From Anaeromyxobacter sp. (GTDB lineage: Bacteria > Myxococcota > Myxococcia > Myxococcales > Anaeromyxobacteraceae), in NCBI GenBank assembly GCA_049840735.1, contig JASGJN010000013.1:736001-800000 (forward strand): 64,000 nt of DNA, given 5' to 3'. Shown one piece after another: positions 43,445-57,826 of the stretch (position 1 is its first letter; every line of letters starts with the position of its first letter). The position numbers and the translations under genes were made by a program. The notes below the pieces were generated by a model. It was not told the DNA's origin. It ran no database searches and saw only the letters and a program-made list of their open reading frames with translations.

Positions 43445-44017
43445 CTAGCCCGCGACGCGGGTCAGGTACTCGCCGGTGCGGGTGTCGATGCGGAGCGTGT
43501 CGCCCTCGTTGATGAAGAGCGGCACGGCCACCGTGTAGCCGGTCTCGAGCTTGGCCGGCTTGGTGGCGCCGGAGACGGTGTCGCCGCGCACGCCGGGGTC
43601 GCAGGTGACGACCTTCAGGTCCATGGCGTTCGGCAGGGTCACCCCAATCGCCTTCCCGTTGAAGAACAGGATGTGCGTGGTGGTGTTCTCCTTGATGAAG
43701 TTCTTCGCGTCGCCCATCTGCTCGGCGGTCACGAAGGTCTGCTCGAAGTTCTTGTTGTCCATGAACTGGTAGTGGTCGCCGTCGAGGTAGAGGTACTGCA
43801 TCTCCTTCTCCTCGATGTCGGGCTTGCCCACCACGTCGCCGGACTTGAACGTCTTGTCGATGGTGCGCCCGGTCACGAGGTTCTTGATCCGGGTCCGCAC
43901 GAAGGCCGAGCCCTTGCCCGGCTTCACGTGCTGGAACTCGACGATCTCCCACGGCTCCTTGTCGATCTCGATCTTGAGGCCGCGGCGGAACGCCGAGGTG
44001 TCGAGGGTCTCTGCCAT
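43445..44017 (-). CDS. efp: Elongation factor P
   Basis: [19 protein letters not shown] and VPLFI. Confidence 0.97.
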   Translation of the reverse strand: MAETLDTSAFRRGLKIEIDKEPWEIVEFQHVKPGKGSAFVRTRIKNLVTGRTIDKTFKSGDVVGKPDIEEKEMQYLYLDGDHYQFMDNKNFEQTFVTAEQMGDAKNFIKENTTTHILFFNGKAIGVTLPNAMDLKVVTCDPGVRGDTVSGATKPAKLETGYTVAVPLFINEGDTLRIDTRTGEYLTRVAG

Positions 44018-44108
44018 GACTTGCTGCTCCTTCGGTCCGAAGTGAAAGGTGATCTCCGCCGCCGCCCGGCGTCCGCCGCGCGGCCCCTGGGCGCTCAGCC
44101 CGCCTGCC

Positions 44109-44468
44109 CTACAGCTCGGACCTCAGCTTGGGCGCGGTGATGCGGAGGAGGTAGCGCGCCTTCCCCAGGTTCCCGTCCGGGGACAGCGCCAGGATCATGA
44201 AGTACTCGGGGGTGACCAGCCGGGCGACGGCCACCAGCTTCTCCGTGCCCAGCGAGAACTCGGACACCCCGCCGGCCTGGTGCGTCTCGGCCGCTTCCCG
44301 GGCGTTCCTGACCAGCCCGGAGCACTCGACCAGGAGCGCCTTCAGGTCGAGGTCGGACGCCCCCTGCTGGTGGCTGTCCACCTCGATGCCGTCGACGCCC
44401 ATGAGCGAGGCGGCGAGGGCTCCCTCGCAGCTGCGGCAGACGTCCTCGAGGTGCTCGCGGAAGCCCAT
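44109..44468 (-). CDS. mglC: MglC-like roadblock/LC7 protein
   Basis: About 119 aa with LMGVDGI and GNLGKARYLLR; lies between the pilQ-associated lipoprotein and efp, as recalled for Myxococcus mglC. Confidence 0.7.
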   Translation of the reverse strand: MGFREHLEDVCRSCEGALAASLMGVDGIEVDSHQQGASDLDLKALLVECSGLVRNAREAAETHQAGGVSEFSLGTEKLVAVARLVTPEYFMILALSPDGNLGKARYLLRITAPKLRSEL

Positions 44469-44623
44469 GGTGGTCGCTCCCCGCGACGTGGCGGCCCGGA
44501 GTGGGCCGAGCATAAGCATGCGGGAACCGGGCCCGTTCTAGCCCGGCCCCCGCGGACCGTCAAGGTGGGAGCAGGGCGCCGCGGCGCGTCAGCCGGGGCG
44601 CCCCGCCGCAGCGCGCCGCCGTA

Positions 44624-45325
44624 TCAGGGCGCCTCGCAGGCCACGGTGGCGGTCTGGCCGAGGGCGTTCGGCGGGCAGACCGCGACCACGACCTCGCCGG
44701 CCACCGGGCACCCGTACCCGCTCCAGGTGGCGTTGAAGAGCTCCACCCACACCTGCATCGTGCCCGACTCGTAGGCCCGGCCGGAGCCGCCGGAGCCATA
44801 GTGCCCCTTGGCGCGGACGTCCACGCGCACCATGGCCCCCGAGACGCCCGCGTTGGTCATGGCGGTGGAGATGGTCTCCATGAACGTGTACGGCACCACC
44901 GTGGCGACCGACACCGCCGTGTTCCCGCCGGCCGGAACGCGCGTCACGACCGCGGGGTAGGTCGTGCTGCCCAGCCCACCCCCGAGGTCGGGTGACGAGA
45001 AGGACAGCTCCCAGCTCTCGACGAACGCGTCGTTGCTGTTGGTGCCGGTCGTGTCGTCGGCGTTGTCGAAGACCTGGTTGCGGAGCTCCAGCGGCACCAG
45101 GAGCTCGTTCCAGAAGGTGTCGACGCCGTCGGTGACGTTCACGTACGCCTGGTAGCGGAGCAGGTTGTAGGCGTCGCAGCCGTCGCTGAACGCGCAGGCG
45201 GTGGCGTCGTCCGGCCAGGTGCAGACGCCGGTCAGATCGACGGTGCCCACCTTCTCGACCGTGCAGCCCGCAGCGCCGGCGGCCACGGCCACCAGCAGGA
45301 TCCGGGCGAGGTTGGAGGTCTTCAT
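44624..45325 (-). CDS. Cys-containing lipoprotein directly downstream of pilQ
   Basis: Lipobox AAG-C and GGAG RBS; starts 9 bp after the pilQ stop. Confidence 0.8.
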   Translation of the reverse strand: MKTSNLARILLVAVAAGAAGCTVEKVGTVDLTGVCTWPDDATACAFSDGCDAYNLLRYQAYVNVTDGVDTFWNELLVPLELRNQVFDNADDTTGTNSNDAFVESWELSFSSPDLGGGLGSTTYPAVVTRVPAGGNTAVSVATVVPYTFMETISTAMTNAGVSGAMVRVDVRAKGHYGSGGSGRAYESGTMQVWVELFNATWSGYGCPVAGEVVVAVCPPNALGQTATVACEAP

Positions 45326-45334
45326 GGTCGACTC

Positions 45335-48070
<2,736 letters not shown>

Positions 48071-48074
48071 GGAG

Positions 48075-48621
48075 CTACTCCTCGAGCGAGGGGACCGCTT
48101 CCTTGGGGAGGCGGAGCGGGGTCTGCGTTGCGTCGCGGGTGCCGTCGGCGCGGACCACCCACTCCGAGATCAGGATCTTCGCCGGACCGGACGGCGGCCA
48201 CGATGCCGCCGTTCTTGCCGATGCAAGCGCCGCGGCGGACGGTGTAGCCGACGCCGTTGGGCGCCTGGACCATGGCCACGGGGTCCTCGAGGCCGGTGAT
48301 GATGGCCACCAGCTTCAGCTGCTCGACCTCGTACCGGCCCAGCGGCGTGGTGCAGCGGGTGGCCAGCACGTTGCTCTGCGTCGAGACCTCGGACAGGAAG
48401 CTGCGGAAGGGGTCGCGCTTGCCGGCGGAGCTGTAGCTCCAGTCCGGCTCGGCGGGCTTGGCGGCGGCCGGGGCCTCGGCCGTGGGGGCGGCCTCGACCT
48501 TCTCGGTCTTGGCCTTGTCCGCGGGGGCGCCCTTCTTCGGCGCGGCAGCGGGCGGGGGCGTGGAGCCGCCGCAGGCCACCAGCGCCGCGAGGGCGGCGAG
48601 CGCGAGGAGACGGGTGGTCAT
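48075..48621 (-). CDS. pilP: PilP lipoprotein; apparent frameshift near 48178
   Basis: LVAC lipobox, GKRDPF, PLGRYEVEQLKLVAI and IGKNGG. Confidence 0.9.
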
Positions 48622-49252
48622 TTCGAGGCCCCCTCGGCGCCCTCTTGGGAGCGGGCGCCTTGGAGTCGTTCAGCATGAAGGCGGTGACCTTGAACGAGCC
48701 CTTCACCACCACCTTGCCGTTCAGGTCCTTGGGATCGCTGAGCGTGATCTCGCTCACGTTCACGATGCGGCGCAGCCGGCTGAGGGCGTCGAAGAAGGTG
48801 GCGATCTCGTGGAAGGACCCCTCCACCGCGACCTGCACCGGGAGGCGCGTGTAGTCGGCCTCCTGGACCTCGCCCTTGGGCTCGATGCTGACGATCTCGA
48901 GCCCCGACCGCTGCGCCTTCTCCTGGAAGTCGGCCAGCAGGTCGTCGAGCTTCTTCTCCTGCGGCAGCTCGGCCTTGGCCGCGTCGACCTGCTGCTCCAG
49001 GATCTCCTTCTCCTTGGTGAAGCGGTTCAGGTCGTTGGCGATGGCGTTCTTCTCGTCCCGCTGCTTGTCCAGCGCCTTCTGGTCGACGGCGGCCTTCTTC
49101 AGCTTGTTCTCGATCTCGTTGATCGAGTCCCCGGGCGGCACGTCGATGCCGATCACGAACAGGTTGAGGACGGTGATGACGGCCACCAGCCCGAGCACCC
49201 CGCCGACCTTGAGTCCGGTGGGGGCCTTCGCGATGCGCTCCATGAGATCCAT
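48618..49252 (-). CDS. pilO: PilO; probable indel near the 3' end
   Basis: TM segment, coiled coil, ELPQEKK and GSFHEIATFFDALSRLRRIVNV. Confidence 0.9.
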
Positions 49253-49255
49253 CGC

Positions 49256-49881
49256 CTACCCCCCCGCCTTCGGCTCGCCGGCCGGCCTGGCCGCGGGCTG
49301 GCGCCGCCCTTGCCCGCGGCAGCCGCGGGCTCGACGGCGGGCGCGTACTTGGGCGTGGCCGTGAGCGTGAAGTGGACCACCTTCATGCCCGACACCACCT
49401 TGGTCTCGGTCTTCTTCAGCTCGACGTCGGCGAAGTACTTCGAGTCCTTCAGCTTCTTCATCAGCTCCGAGACGTCGTCGATGGTGCCGCCCGTCCCCTC
49501 GAAGGTGATCTTGCCGCCCTTCTCGTCCAGCTTGGTCAGCCAGAGCCGCTTGGGCGTGATGGTGGCGAGATCGTCGAGCATCCGGACCGGGCCGCTCCGC
49601 CCCTTCTTCAGGACCTCGAGCGTGTCCAGCTTCTTCTTCAAATCCGCCTTGTCGGCCGCCAGGGACTTCACCTGGCCGATGGTGCGGTCGAGCGCCTCGA
49701 TGTCCTTCTTGGTCGAGGCGATCTTCTTCTGCTTGGTGACCAGCTCGGCGTCGCGCGTGGAGTGGGCGTACCAGTTGCCCAGCACGCCCAGGACCAGGAT
49801 CAGCGCCAGCAGCACCAGCTGCTGGAGGCCGGCTTCCTTCTTCTTGGAGACGCGGACCGGGAGGAGGTTGATCCTGACCAT
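49256..49881 (-). CDS. pilN: PilN; probable indel near the 3' end
   Basis: MVRINLLP motif, TM segment and PKRLWL. Confidence 0.92.
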
Positions 49882-49883
49882 GG

Positions 49884-50953
49884 CTAGCGGCCCTCCTTGT
49901 CGCCCGGGCGCCGGAGCGCGAGGCCGACCGACACGGCCGCCGAGGGCGCCGCGCCGAGGATCACCGCCGGGTCGAACCGCCGGTTGTCGATCTCGATGTT
50001 CTTGAAGGGGTTGAGCACCTCGACCGGCACCCCGGCGCGCGCCTCGATGACCTTGAAGAGCGCGGGGATCCGGGCGGTGCCGCCCGAGAGGTAGACGCGG
50101 GTGATGGCGCCGTCCGGCGCGGTGGAAGCGTAGAAGTCGAGGGAGCGCTGGATTCTCGCCGCCCATCTGGTCGGCCACGCCCTGGATGACCCGCTCGACC
50201 TCCTGCGGGACCACCGCGTCCGACTCGCCCTGCCCGCCCACCTTGAGCGCCTCGGCCTCGTCGTAGGAGATGTTGAGCTGCTTCTGGATCTCCTCCGTGA
50301 AGGCGTTGCCGCCCATGGTGATGTCGCGGGTGAAGGTGGTCACGCCGCGCGAGACGATGTTGATGTTCGAGAACCGCGGCGCCCACGTTGATGAGCACCA
50401 GGGTCTCGGCGGCGAACCCGTCGTAGTTCACCTCGAACGCGTTCTGGACCGCGAAGGCGTCCACGTCCACGACCGTGGCCGTGAGGCCGGCCTCGGCGCA
50501 GACCGAGGTGTAGTCGTTGATCATGTCCTTCTTGGCGGCCACCAGCAGCACGTCCATCTGGCCGGTGGCGTCCCCGTCCGGCGTGAGGATCTGGGTGTCG
50601 ATGTTGACGTCCTTGACGTCGAACGGGATGTACTGCTCCGCCTCCCACTGGATCGACTCGTCCAGCTCCTCCTGCGTCATCCGCGGGAGCGAGATCTTCT
50701 TGATGATGACGGAGTGCCCGCGGACGCCGATGGCCACCTCCTTCACCTTCAGCTTCTGCCGGGCGGCCACCTCCTGGATCGCGTCCACGATGGCCGAGGA
50801 GTTCATCAGTGCGCCGTCGACGATGGCCTCGGGCGGGAGCGGCGCCGACCCGAAGGCCTGCAGCGCGAAGCCGCCCCGCTTCTCCTTCAGCTGGACGAGC
50901 TTCACGCTGGAGGAGCCGATGTCGAGGCCGACGGCGAGCTTGCTCTTCGCCAT
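49884..50953 (-). CDS. pilM: PilM; apparent frameshifts near 50370 and 50153
   Basis: VGLDIGSSSVK, EAEQYIPF, VLLVAAKK, QRSLDFY and VGLALR. Confidence 0.95.
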
Positions 50954-51040
50954 GGGCGGTCCCTCACGCGAGGCCCGGGCGCGCGCGCCCGAGCCCCGTC
51001 TCGAGCCCGCGCAGCGGGCTCATGGTGGTGCGGAAGGTGA

Positions 51041-51305
51041 TCACGAGACGCGCCCTCCGGTGCTGCGTCCGAAGACCTTCCGCCGGTCCGACGGCGTGAG
51101 GCCCAGCGCCAGGATGATTCTTGCGCTGCGTGTCCATGCGGCACTCGCTCCCGCCCTCGATGCGCGCGACCGTCAGCGCGGAGACGCCGGCCTTCCGCGC
51201 CAGCTCGGCCTTGGTGAGGAGCTGCTCCTCCCTCAGCCGCTGCACGTTGTTGGGCGGTCGCCGCACCACGTTCTTCGTAGGCCTGGATGGCGATCGGGCG
51301 GGCAT
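51041..51305 (-). CDS. Small XRE-family HTH protein upstream of pilM; frameshift near 51118
   Basis: NNVQRLREEQLLTKAELARKAGVSALTVARIE...RK joins IILALG. Confidence 0.8.
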
Positions 51306-51395
51306 GCGGGAATCACGCTAAGCGATCGGCCCCGATCGGATCAAGAAAGGGGCCGGCTACGATATCGGTCGCTGTAGGTGAACGATGCGTCCGTG

Positions 51396-51411
51396 AGCGA
51401 GAGTGATGCCA
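51396..51411 (-). promoter_or_regulatory. Candidate sigma54 promoter for HTH-pilMNOPQ
   Basis: Minus strand reads TGGCATCACTCTCGCT (GG-N10-GC). Confidence 0.45.
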
Positions 51412-51476
51412 AGTTATGTTCCGGACGCGGCGCGGCGCACGGCGACGGCAGCGCCAGCAGGCGCTAGCCATGGTGG

Positions 51477-52847
<1,371 letters not shown>

Positions 52848-52895
52848 GCGCCGATGACTCTAGACGAAGCCGGAGCTTACGCAAAAGAGGCCCGC

Positions 52896-54004
52896 TCAGT
52901 CCCCCCGCCCGCCCGCCGGCAGCCTCACCCGGAACACCGCGCCGCCGCCGGGCGCGTTCTCGGCGGTCAGCGCGCCGCCCAGCGCCTCCACGATGCGGTG
53001 GCTGATGGCCAGGCCCAGCCCGGTGCCCTCGCCGGGCGCCTTGGTGGTGAAGAAGGGATTGAACAGGCGCGGCAGGTGCTCCGGGCGCGATGCCCGGACC
53101 GCCGTCGGCCACGGCCAGCTCCACGCCGCCCGCCGCGGACACGGCGCCGATCCGGACCGCCCCGGCGCCGCCCATGGCGTCGCCGGCGTTGAGCAGCAGG
53201 TTGAGCAGCACCTGGCCCAGCTGGTGGGCGTCGCCCAGCACCGGCGGCAGGTCCGCGGGCAGCTCCAGCGTCACCGCCACGCCGCGGAAGCGCGGCTGGA
53301 CCCGGGCCAGCCGCACCGCGGCCTCCACCGCCGCGGCCAGGTCCACCGGCCCGATCTCGCTCCGGGGCTGGGCGGGCCAGGTCCAGCAGGCTGCGCAGCG
53401 TGGCGTCGATGCGATCGGCGGCGTCGGTGATCCGGACCAGCGCGTCGGCCAGGTCCGGATCGGCGTCGGACGGCAGCCGGGAGCGCGCCAGCGCCACGTA
53501 GCCGGAGACGGCGCCCAGCGGGTTGCCCAGCTCGTGCGCCAGCCCCGCGGCGAGCCGCCCCAGCGTGGCCAGCTGCTCGGAGCGGGCCAGCCGCGCCTGG
53601 GCGTCGCCCAGCGCCCGGTCGGCGCGCGTCAGGTCGGCCACCTTGGCCGCCAGCGCCCGCCGCTCCTCTTCCAGCGCCGCCGCCAGCCGCTCGAAGGCGA
53701 TGGAGGCGCGCGTGAGCCCGGGCCCGCCCCCGTCGCCCAGCACCGGCAGCCCGGCCTCGCCGGCCAGCCGCCCGGCCGCGTCCAGCACGCGCTGCACCGG
53801 CCTCGCCACCGTCCGCCAGAGCAGCCAGGTGCCCAGCAGGCCGGCGGTCGCGCCGGCCGCCAGCGCCGCCAGCGCCAGGTGCGCCGGCCCGAGCTGGCGC
53901 CGGGCCGCCAGCGGCAGCTCCAGGCCGAGCAGGATCGCGGCGGTCACCGCCGCGATGGCCAGCGCGGCCAGGGCCAGGTAGGGGCGGACCGCGGTCCGCC
54001 TCAT
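52896..54004 (-). CDS. pilS2: Sensor histidine kinase (PilS2-like); two apparent frameshifts
   Basis: Two TM helices, H-box AHELGNPL, N-box NLLLNA, DGGPG and [15 protein letters not shown]. Confidence 0.85.
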
Positions 54005-54906
54005 CCGCCGAAGACCTCGAAGAGCGCCACGTGGCGGGCCAGCCAGGGGGCCAGGTAGAGCCACTCCAGCGCGGCCAGCGCCAGGAACGGGCCGAAGGGG
54101 ACCGAGTTCCGCGGCGGCACCCAGCCGTCGTCGCCCTGCGGCTCGCCCTCACCGGTCTGGCCCCTGCCCAGCGCCAGCAGCAGGATCCCGGCCACCGCCC
54201 CCTGCGTGGACGCCAGCAGGATCACCGGCAGGAGCCCGGCCAGCCCGAGCCACGCGCCGATGGCGCCCAGCAGCACCACGTCGCCGAGCCCCAGCGCCTC
54301 CTTCCTGGCCAGGCGCCCGCCCACGACCCGCACCAGCCAGAACAGGCCGGCCCCCACCGCCGCGCCCAGCGCGGCCGAGACCGCGGTGGCGGGCACCCAG
54401 CCCGGCAGCCACGCCGGCACCAGCTCGCGCGCCAGCGGCGGGACCGGCGGCAGCCCAGCCGCGCCGGCCAGGAGCCCCAGCCCCAGCAGCGGGACGGTGA
54501 GCTCGTGGGGCAGCGACCAGGTGTCGAGGTCGATGGCGGAGAGCGCCAGGAGCAGCATCACCAGCACGAACTCCGCCAGCGCGGCCAGCGTGAGGCCGTG
54601 GCGCGCCCAGGCCCCCAGGCCGGCGAGGAGCCCCAGCAGCTCGACGGCCGGGTAGCGGGCGGAGATGGGGGCGCCGCAGTCGCGGCAGCGGGCCCGGAGC
54701 CAGAGCCAGGCCAGCACCGGCACGTTGTCGTACCAGCGGATGGCCTTCTGGCAGCGCGGGCAGCGCGACCCGGGGCGGACGATGGAGAGGCCCGCCGGGA
54801 CGCGGGCGATCACCACGTTGAGGAAGGAGCCCACGCAGGCCCCGACCACGGCGGCCCAGGTCGCGGCCAGCGCGGCGGGAAGCTCCAGGGAGGGATCGGG
54901 GGCCAT
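54001..54906 (-). CDS. pilD: Prepilin peptidase/N-methyltransferase PilD
   Basis: GSFLNVVIARVP, CPRC...CRDC, IDLD, GLGD and PFGPFL. Confidence 0.96.
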   Translation of the reverse strand: MAPDPSLELPAALAATWAAVVGACVGSFLNVVIARVPAGLSIVRPGSRCPRCQKAIRWYDNVPVLAWLWLRARCRDCGAPISARYPAVELLGLLAGLGAWARHGLTLAALAEFVLVMLLLALSAIDLDTWSLPHELTVPLLGLGLLAGAAGLPPVPPLARELVPAWLPGWVPATAVSAALGAAVGAGLFWLVRVVGGRLARKEALGLGDVVLLGAIGAWLGLAGLLPVILLASTQGAVAGILLLALGRGQTGEGEPQGDDGWVPPRNSVPFGPFLALAALEWLYLAPWLARHVALFEVFGG

Positions 54907-54955
54907 GTGGGCCAGGATGATGCGGCCCCGCCCCCCGGCCTGGCAAGCGCGCGGA

Positions 54956-55894
54956 TCAGCCGGCGCTGGCCGCGGCGGCGGGCGCCGCCTCCTCCAGCCG
55001 GCGAAGGAAGAAGTCCTCCAGCGTCTCGCGGTTGGGCGAGAGCGAGACGATCCGGCCGCCCGCCCCCAGCACCGCCTTCACGCCGGCGTCGGCGCTGGCC
55101 TCGTCCTCGAACACCGCCGTCACCCGGTCGCCGTCGGCCGAGAGGACCCGCGCGCCGCCCAGCGCCTCGCGGCGGCCGCCGGGGAGGAGCGCGGTGAGCT
55201 CCACGCTCTTCACGCGTGCCGAGAGCATCTCGCCGATCCGGCCGGTGTCGCGCATCCGCCCGCGCACGATCAGGCCGACGCGATCGCAGAGGGTCTCCAC
55301 GTCGGGCAGGATGTGGGTCGAGAAGAAGACGGTCTTCCCGCGCCGCTTCAGCTCCAGCATGAGGTCGCGCATCTCGCGCCGGCCGATGGGGTCGAGGCCG
55401 CTCATGGGCTCGTCCAGCACCACCAGCGCCGGGTCGGAGACCAGCGCCTGGGCGATGCCCAGCCGCTGCTGCATGCCCTTCGAGTACTTCCGGATCTGGC
55501 GGCCGGCGGCGTCGGACAGCCCCACCAGCCCGAGCAGCTCCTCGCACCGCTTCGCCTGCTCCGAGCCGGGCACACCCGCCAGCGTGGCGAAGAAGCGGAG
55601 CGCCTCGATGCCGGTGAGGAAGTCGGGGTAGGCGGGGTTCTCCGGCAGGTAGCCCAGGCGCGCCTTGGCGGCCTCACTCGGGATGGGCGCGTCGAAGATG
55701 TAGGCCTTCCCGCGCGTGGGGAAGATCAGCCCCATCAGCATCTTGATGGTGGTGGTCTTGCCTGCGCCGTTGGGGCCCACGAAGCCGAAGATCTCGTTGG
55801 CGTCCACCGCCAGATCGAGATCCTCTACCGCGTTCACCTTCTTGCGGAGGCCGGTCTCGAAGACCTTGGTCAGACCTTCAGTGCGCAGGATCAT
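54956..55894 (-). CDS. pilH: ABC transporter ATPase PilH (myxobacterial/Geobacter pilus-associated type)
   Basis: GPNGAGKTT, YSKGMQQR and DEPMSGLDP; inside the pil locus. Confidence 0.85.
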   Translation of the reverse strand: MILRTEGLTKVFETGLRKKVNAVEDLDLAVDANEIFGFVGPNGAGKTTTIKMLMGLIFPTRGKAYIFDAPIPSEAAKARLGYLPENPAYPDFLTGIEALRFFATLAGVPGSEQAKRCEELLGLVGLSDAAGRQIRKYSKGMQQRLGIAQALVSDPALVVLDEPMSGLDPIGRREMRDLMLELKRRGKTVFFSTHILPDVETLCDRVGLIVRGRMRDTGRIGEMLSARVKSVELTALLPGGRREALGGARVLSADGDRVTAVFEDEASADAGVKAVLGAGGRIVSLSPNRETLEDFFLRRLEEAAPAAAASAG

Positions 55895-55973
55895 CGCGGC
55901 GCATCATCGTCCGGCGCCGATCGGCTGGCAAGACTTGGGCGGCCCCGCAGCCCCTCGACCGCCGCGCCGCGTG

Positions 55974-56021
55974 GTGACCAAACGCGTCACCCGGGCTGAC
56001 CCGGGCTGACGTTTGCCGTCA
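55974..56021. promoter_or_regulatory. Two TGAC-N7-GTCA dyads; putative enhancer-binding-protein sites for pilA
   Basis: GTGACCAAACGCGTCAC at 55974-55990 and TGACGTTTGCCGTCA at 56007-56021; centres are 32 bp apart. Confidence 0.6.
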
Positions 56022-56086
56022 CGCTACCGGGGGGGCGTCGCCTGCTCGGTCCCTCGCCATCCGGGCACTTGCGCGATCCCGGGACC

Positions 56087-56102
56087 TGGCATCGCTCCTG
56101 CT
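56087..56102 (+). promoter_or_regulatory. Sigma54 promoter of pilA
   Basis: TGGCATCGCTCCTGCT (GG-N10-GC) about 100 bp before the pilA ATG. Confidence 0.7.
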
Positions 56103-56198
56103 AGGAGTCCGTTCATCGTCCGGTCCCCCCAAGCACCGGCGCACTGCAGCGCACAAGCGGCGGGCCGCGTCGCCGGTCACCGCACCTGGAGGCAACAA

Positions 56199-56846
56199 AT
56201 GAAGAAGACTGCCAAGGGCTTCACGCTGGTCGAGCTCATGATCGTCGTTGCGATCATCGGCATCCTCGCCGCCATCGCGATCCCGAACTTCCTCCGCTAC
56301 CAGCTCCGCTCCAAGTTCTCCGAGCTGAAGACCAACGTGGAGGCCATCTACAAGTCGGAGGAGGCCCTCCGTCAGTCCGAGCGCGTGCTCTGCGCCGGCG
56401 CCCCGACGGGCGCCTACGCCGAGCTGGGCCCGGTCCCCGCGGCCGCCCCCGCCGCCCAGAAGAACGTGTGGATCCCGGCCGACACCGAGCTCGCCTCCGC
56501 CATCGACTGGAACGTCCAGGGCGCGACCTTCGGCCAGTACACCACCGACACCGACAACGCCGCCGTCGGCACCGTGGCCCTCTGCGCGGCCCCGGACGTG
56601 CCGGCCTTCGGCTACGCGCTCGCCATCGGCGCCATCTCCGACATCGACGGCGACGCGAACCTCGCGCAGGTCTGCGCCTGGCAGCCCCAGCTGGCCTCCG
56701 ACGGCACCGAGGTCGGCAACGTCCCGGCCTGCCCGGGCGGCGGCGACACCACGGTGTGCGGCGGCACGGCGATGCCGGGCGGCGCGAACACCCGCACGAT
56801 CGGCGCTGGCCAGGTGACCAACTGCTCGGCTGACAACATCTTCTAG
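56199..56846 (+). CDS. pilA: Large type IVa major pilin (208 aa mature)
   Basis: MKKTAKG/FTLVELMIVVAIIGILAAIAIPNF, GGAGG RBS and six Cys residues. Confidence 0.92.
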   Translation: MKKTAKGFTLVELMIVVAIIGILAAIAIPNFLRYQLRSKFSELKTNVEAIYKSEEALRQSERVLCAGAPTGAYAELGPVPAAAPAAQKNVWIPADTELASAIDWNVQGATFGQYTTDTDNAAVGTVALCAAPDVPAFGYALAIGAISDIDGDANLAQVCAWQPQLASDGTEVGNVPACPGGGDTTVCGGTAMPGGANTRTIGAGQVTNCSADNIF

Positions 56847-56868
56847 TCCGCCGGACTTGCGGTTAGGA

Positions 56869-56900
56869 TGAGGGCCGCCCGGGAGACCGGGCGGCCCTCA
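56869..56900 (+). terminator. 14-bp GC stem with GAGA loop after pilA (partial terminator or mRNA-stabilising hairpin)
   Basis: TGAGGGCCGCCCGG-GAGA-CCGGGCGGCCCTCA; no poly-U tail. Confidence 0.7.
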
Positions 56901-56917
56901 CCGTCTTCAGAGCCCCC

Positions 56918-57826
56918 ATGCGCGCCCTGTTCGCCCCGCTCGCCGCCGGCCTCCTGCTCCTCGCCCTCGCCGCCGCCCTGAGCTTCAAGCTCGCGGCCAC
57001 GGTGCGGAGCCGCCCCTACGACGTCCTGCACGTGCCCTCGGGCAAGGTGATGCGGGTGGCGGCGCTCGGCCACCGCACCTTCCTGTCCGACCTGTACTGG
57101 CTGGACACGGTGCAGTACATCGGCGAGCCGCGGGCCGACGCGCGGGGCTGGGACAAGCTCCTGCCGCTGGTCGACCTGGTCACCGATCTCGACCCCCGCC
57201 ACGGCTACGCCTACCAGACCGCCGGCATCGTGCTGTCCGCCGCCGGCCGCCTCGACGAGAGCAACCGGATCCTGGCCAAGGGGATGGAACTCGGCCCGGA
57301 CTGGTGGTCCTTCCCCTACTACCTGTCCTTCAACTCGTGGTTCTACATGGGCGACTACGCCACCGGCGCCTACTACGCCGGGATCGCCGCCCGCCGCCCG
57401 GGCGCGTCGCCCAACATCAGCCACCTGGCGCTCTCGCTGTCATCCAAGAGCGGCACGCCCGAGCAGGCCATCACGCTGCTCACCGAGCTGCGCGCCACCG
57501 TCAAGGACGAGGCCACGGCGGAGCGGCTGGACGAGCAGCTCAAGCTGGCCACGCTGGAGGCCGACGCCCAGGGCCTGGAGGCCGCCGTCGAGCGGTTCCG
57601 GGAGCGCCACGGCCGCGATCCCTTCGGCCTGGAGGAGCTGATCGTGGGCGGGGCCATCACGAGCATGCCCACGGATCCCTTCGGCGGCGCCTACGTGTGG
57701 GATCCGAAGGACCGCAGGGTCCACTCCACCGCCAACCCGTTCCGCTTCACCTTGCGCGAGGCGGCCCGCGCCCCCGCGTTCCACTACCAGCCCAGCCAGC
57801 GCGACCTGGCGAGGATGCCCAAGTGA
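56918..57826 (+). CDS. pilG: PilG-like TPR accessory protein
   Basis: LSDLYWLDTVQYIG, VTDLDP and DPFGGAY; directly after pilA. Confidence 0.75.
   Translation: MRALFAPLAAGLLLLALAAALSFKLAATVRSRPYDVLHVPSGKVMRVAALGHRTFLSDLYWLDTVQYIGEPRADARGWDKLLPLVDLVTDLDPRHGYAYQTAGIVLSAAGRLDESNRILAKGMELGPDWWSFPYYLSFNSWFYMGDYATGAYYAGIAARRPGASPNISHLALSLSSKSGTPEQAITLLTELRATVKDEATAERLDEQLKLATLEADAQGLEAAVERFRERHGRDPFGLEELIVGGAITSMPTDPFGGAYVWDPKDRRVHSTANPFRFTLREAARAPAFHYQPSQRDLARMPK

Noticed and set aside
56199..56846. Electrically conductive (e-pilin) type pilin
   Set aside because: It is a long pilin with sparse aromatic residues, not the short aromatic-dense Geobacter type.
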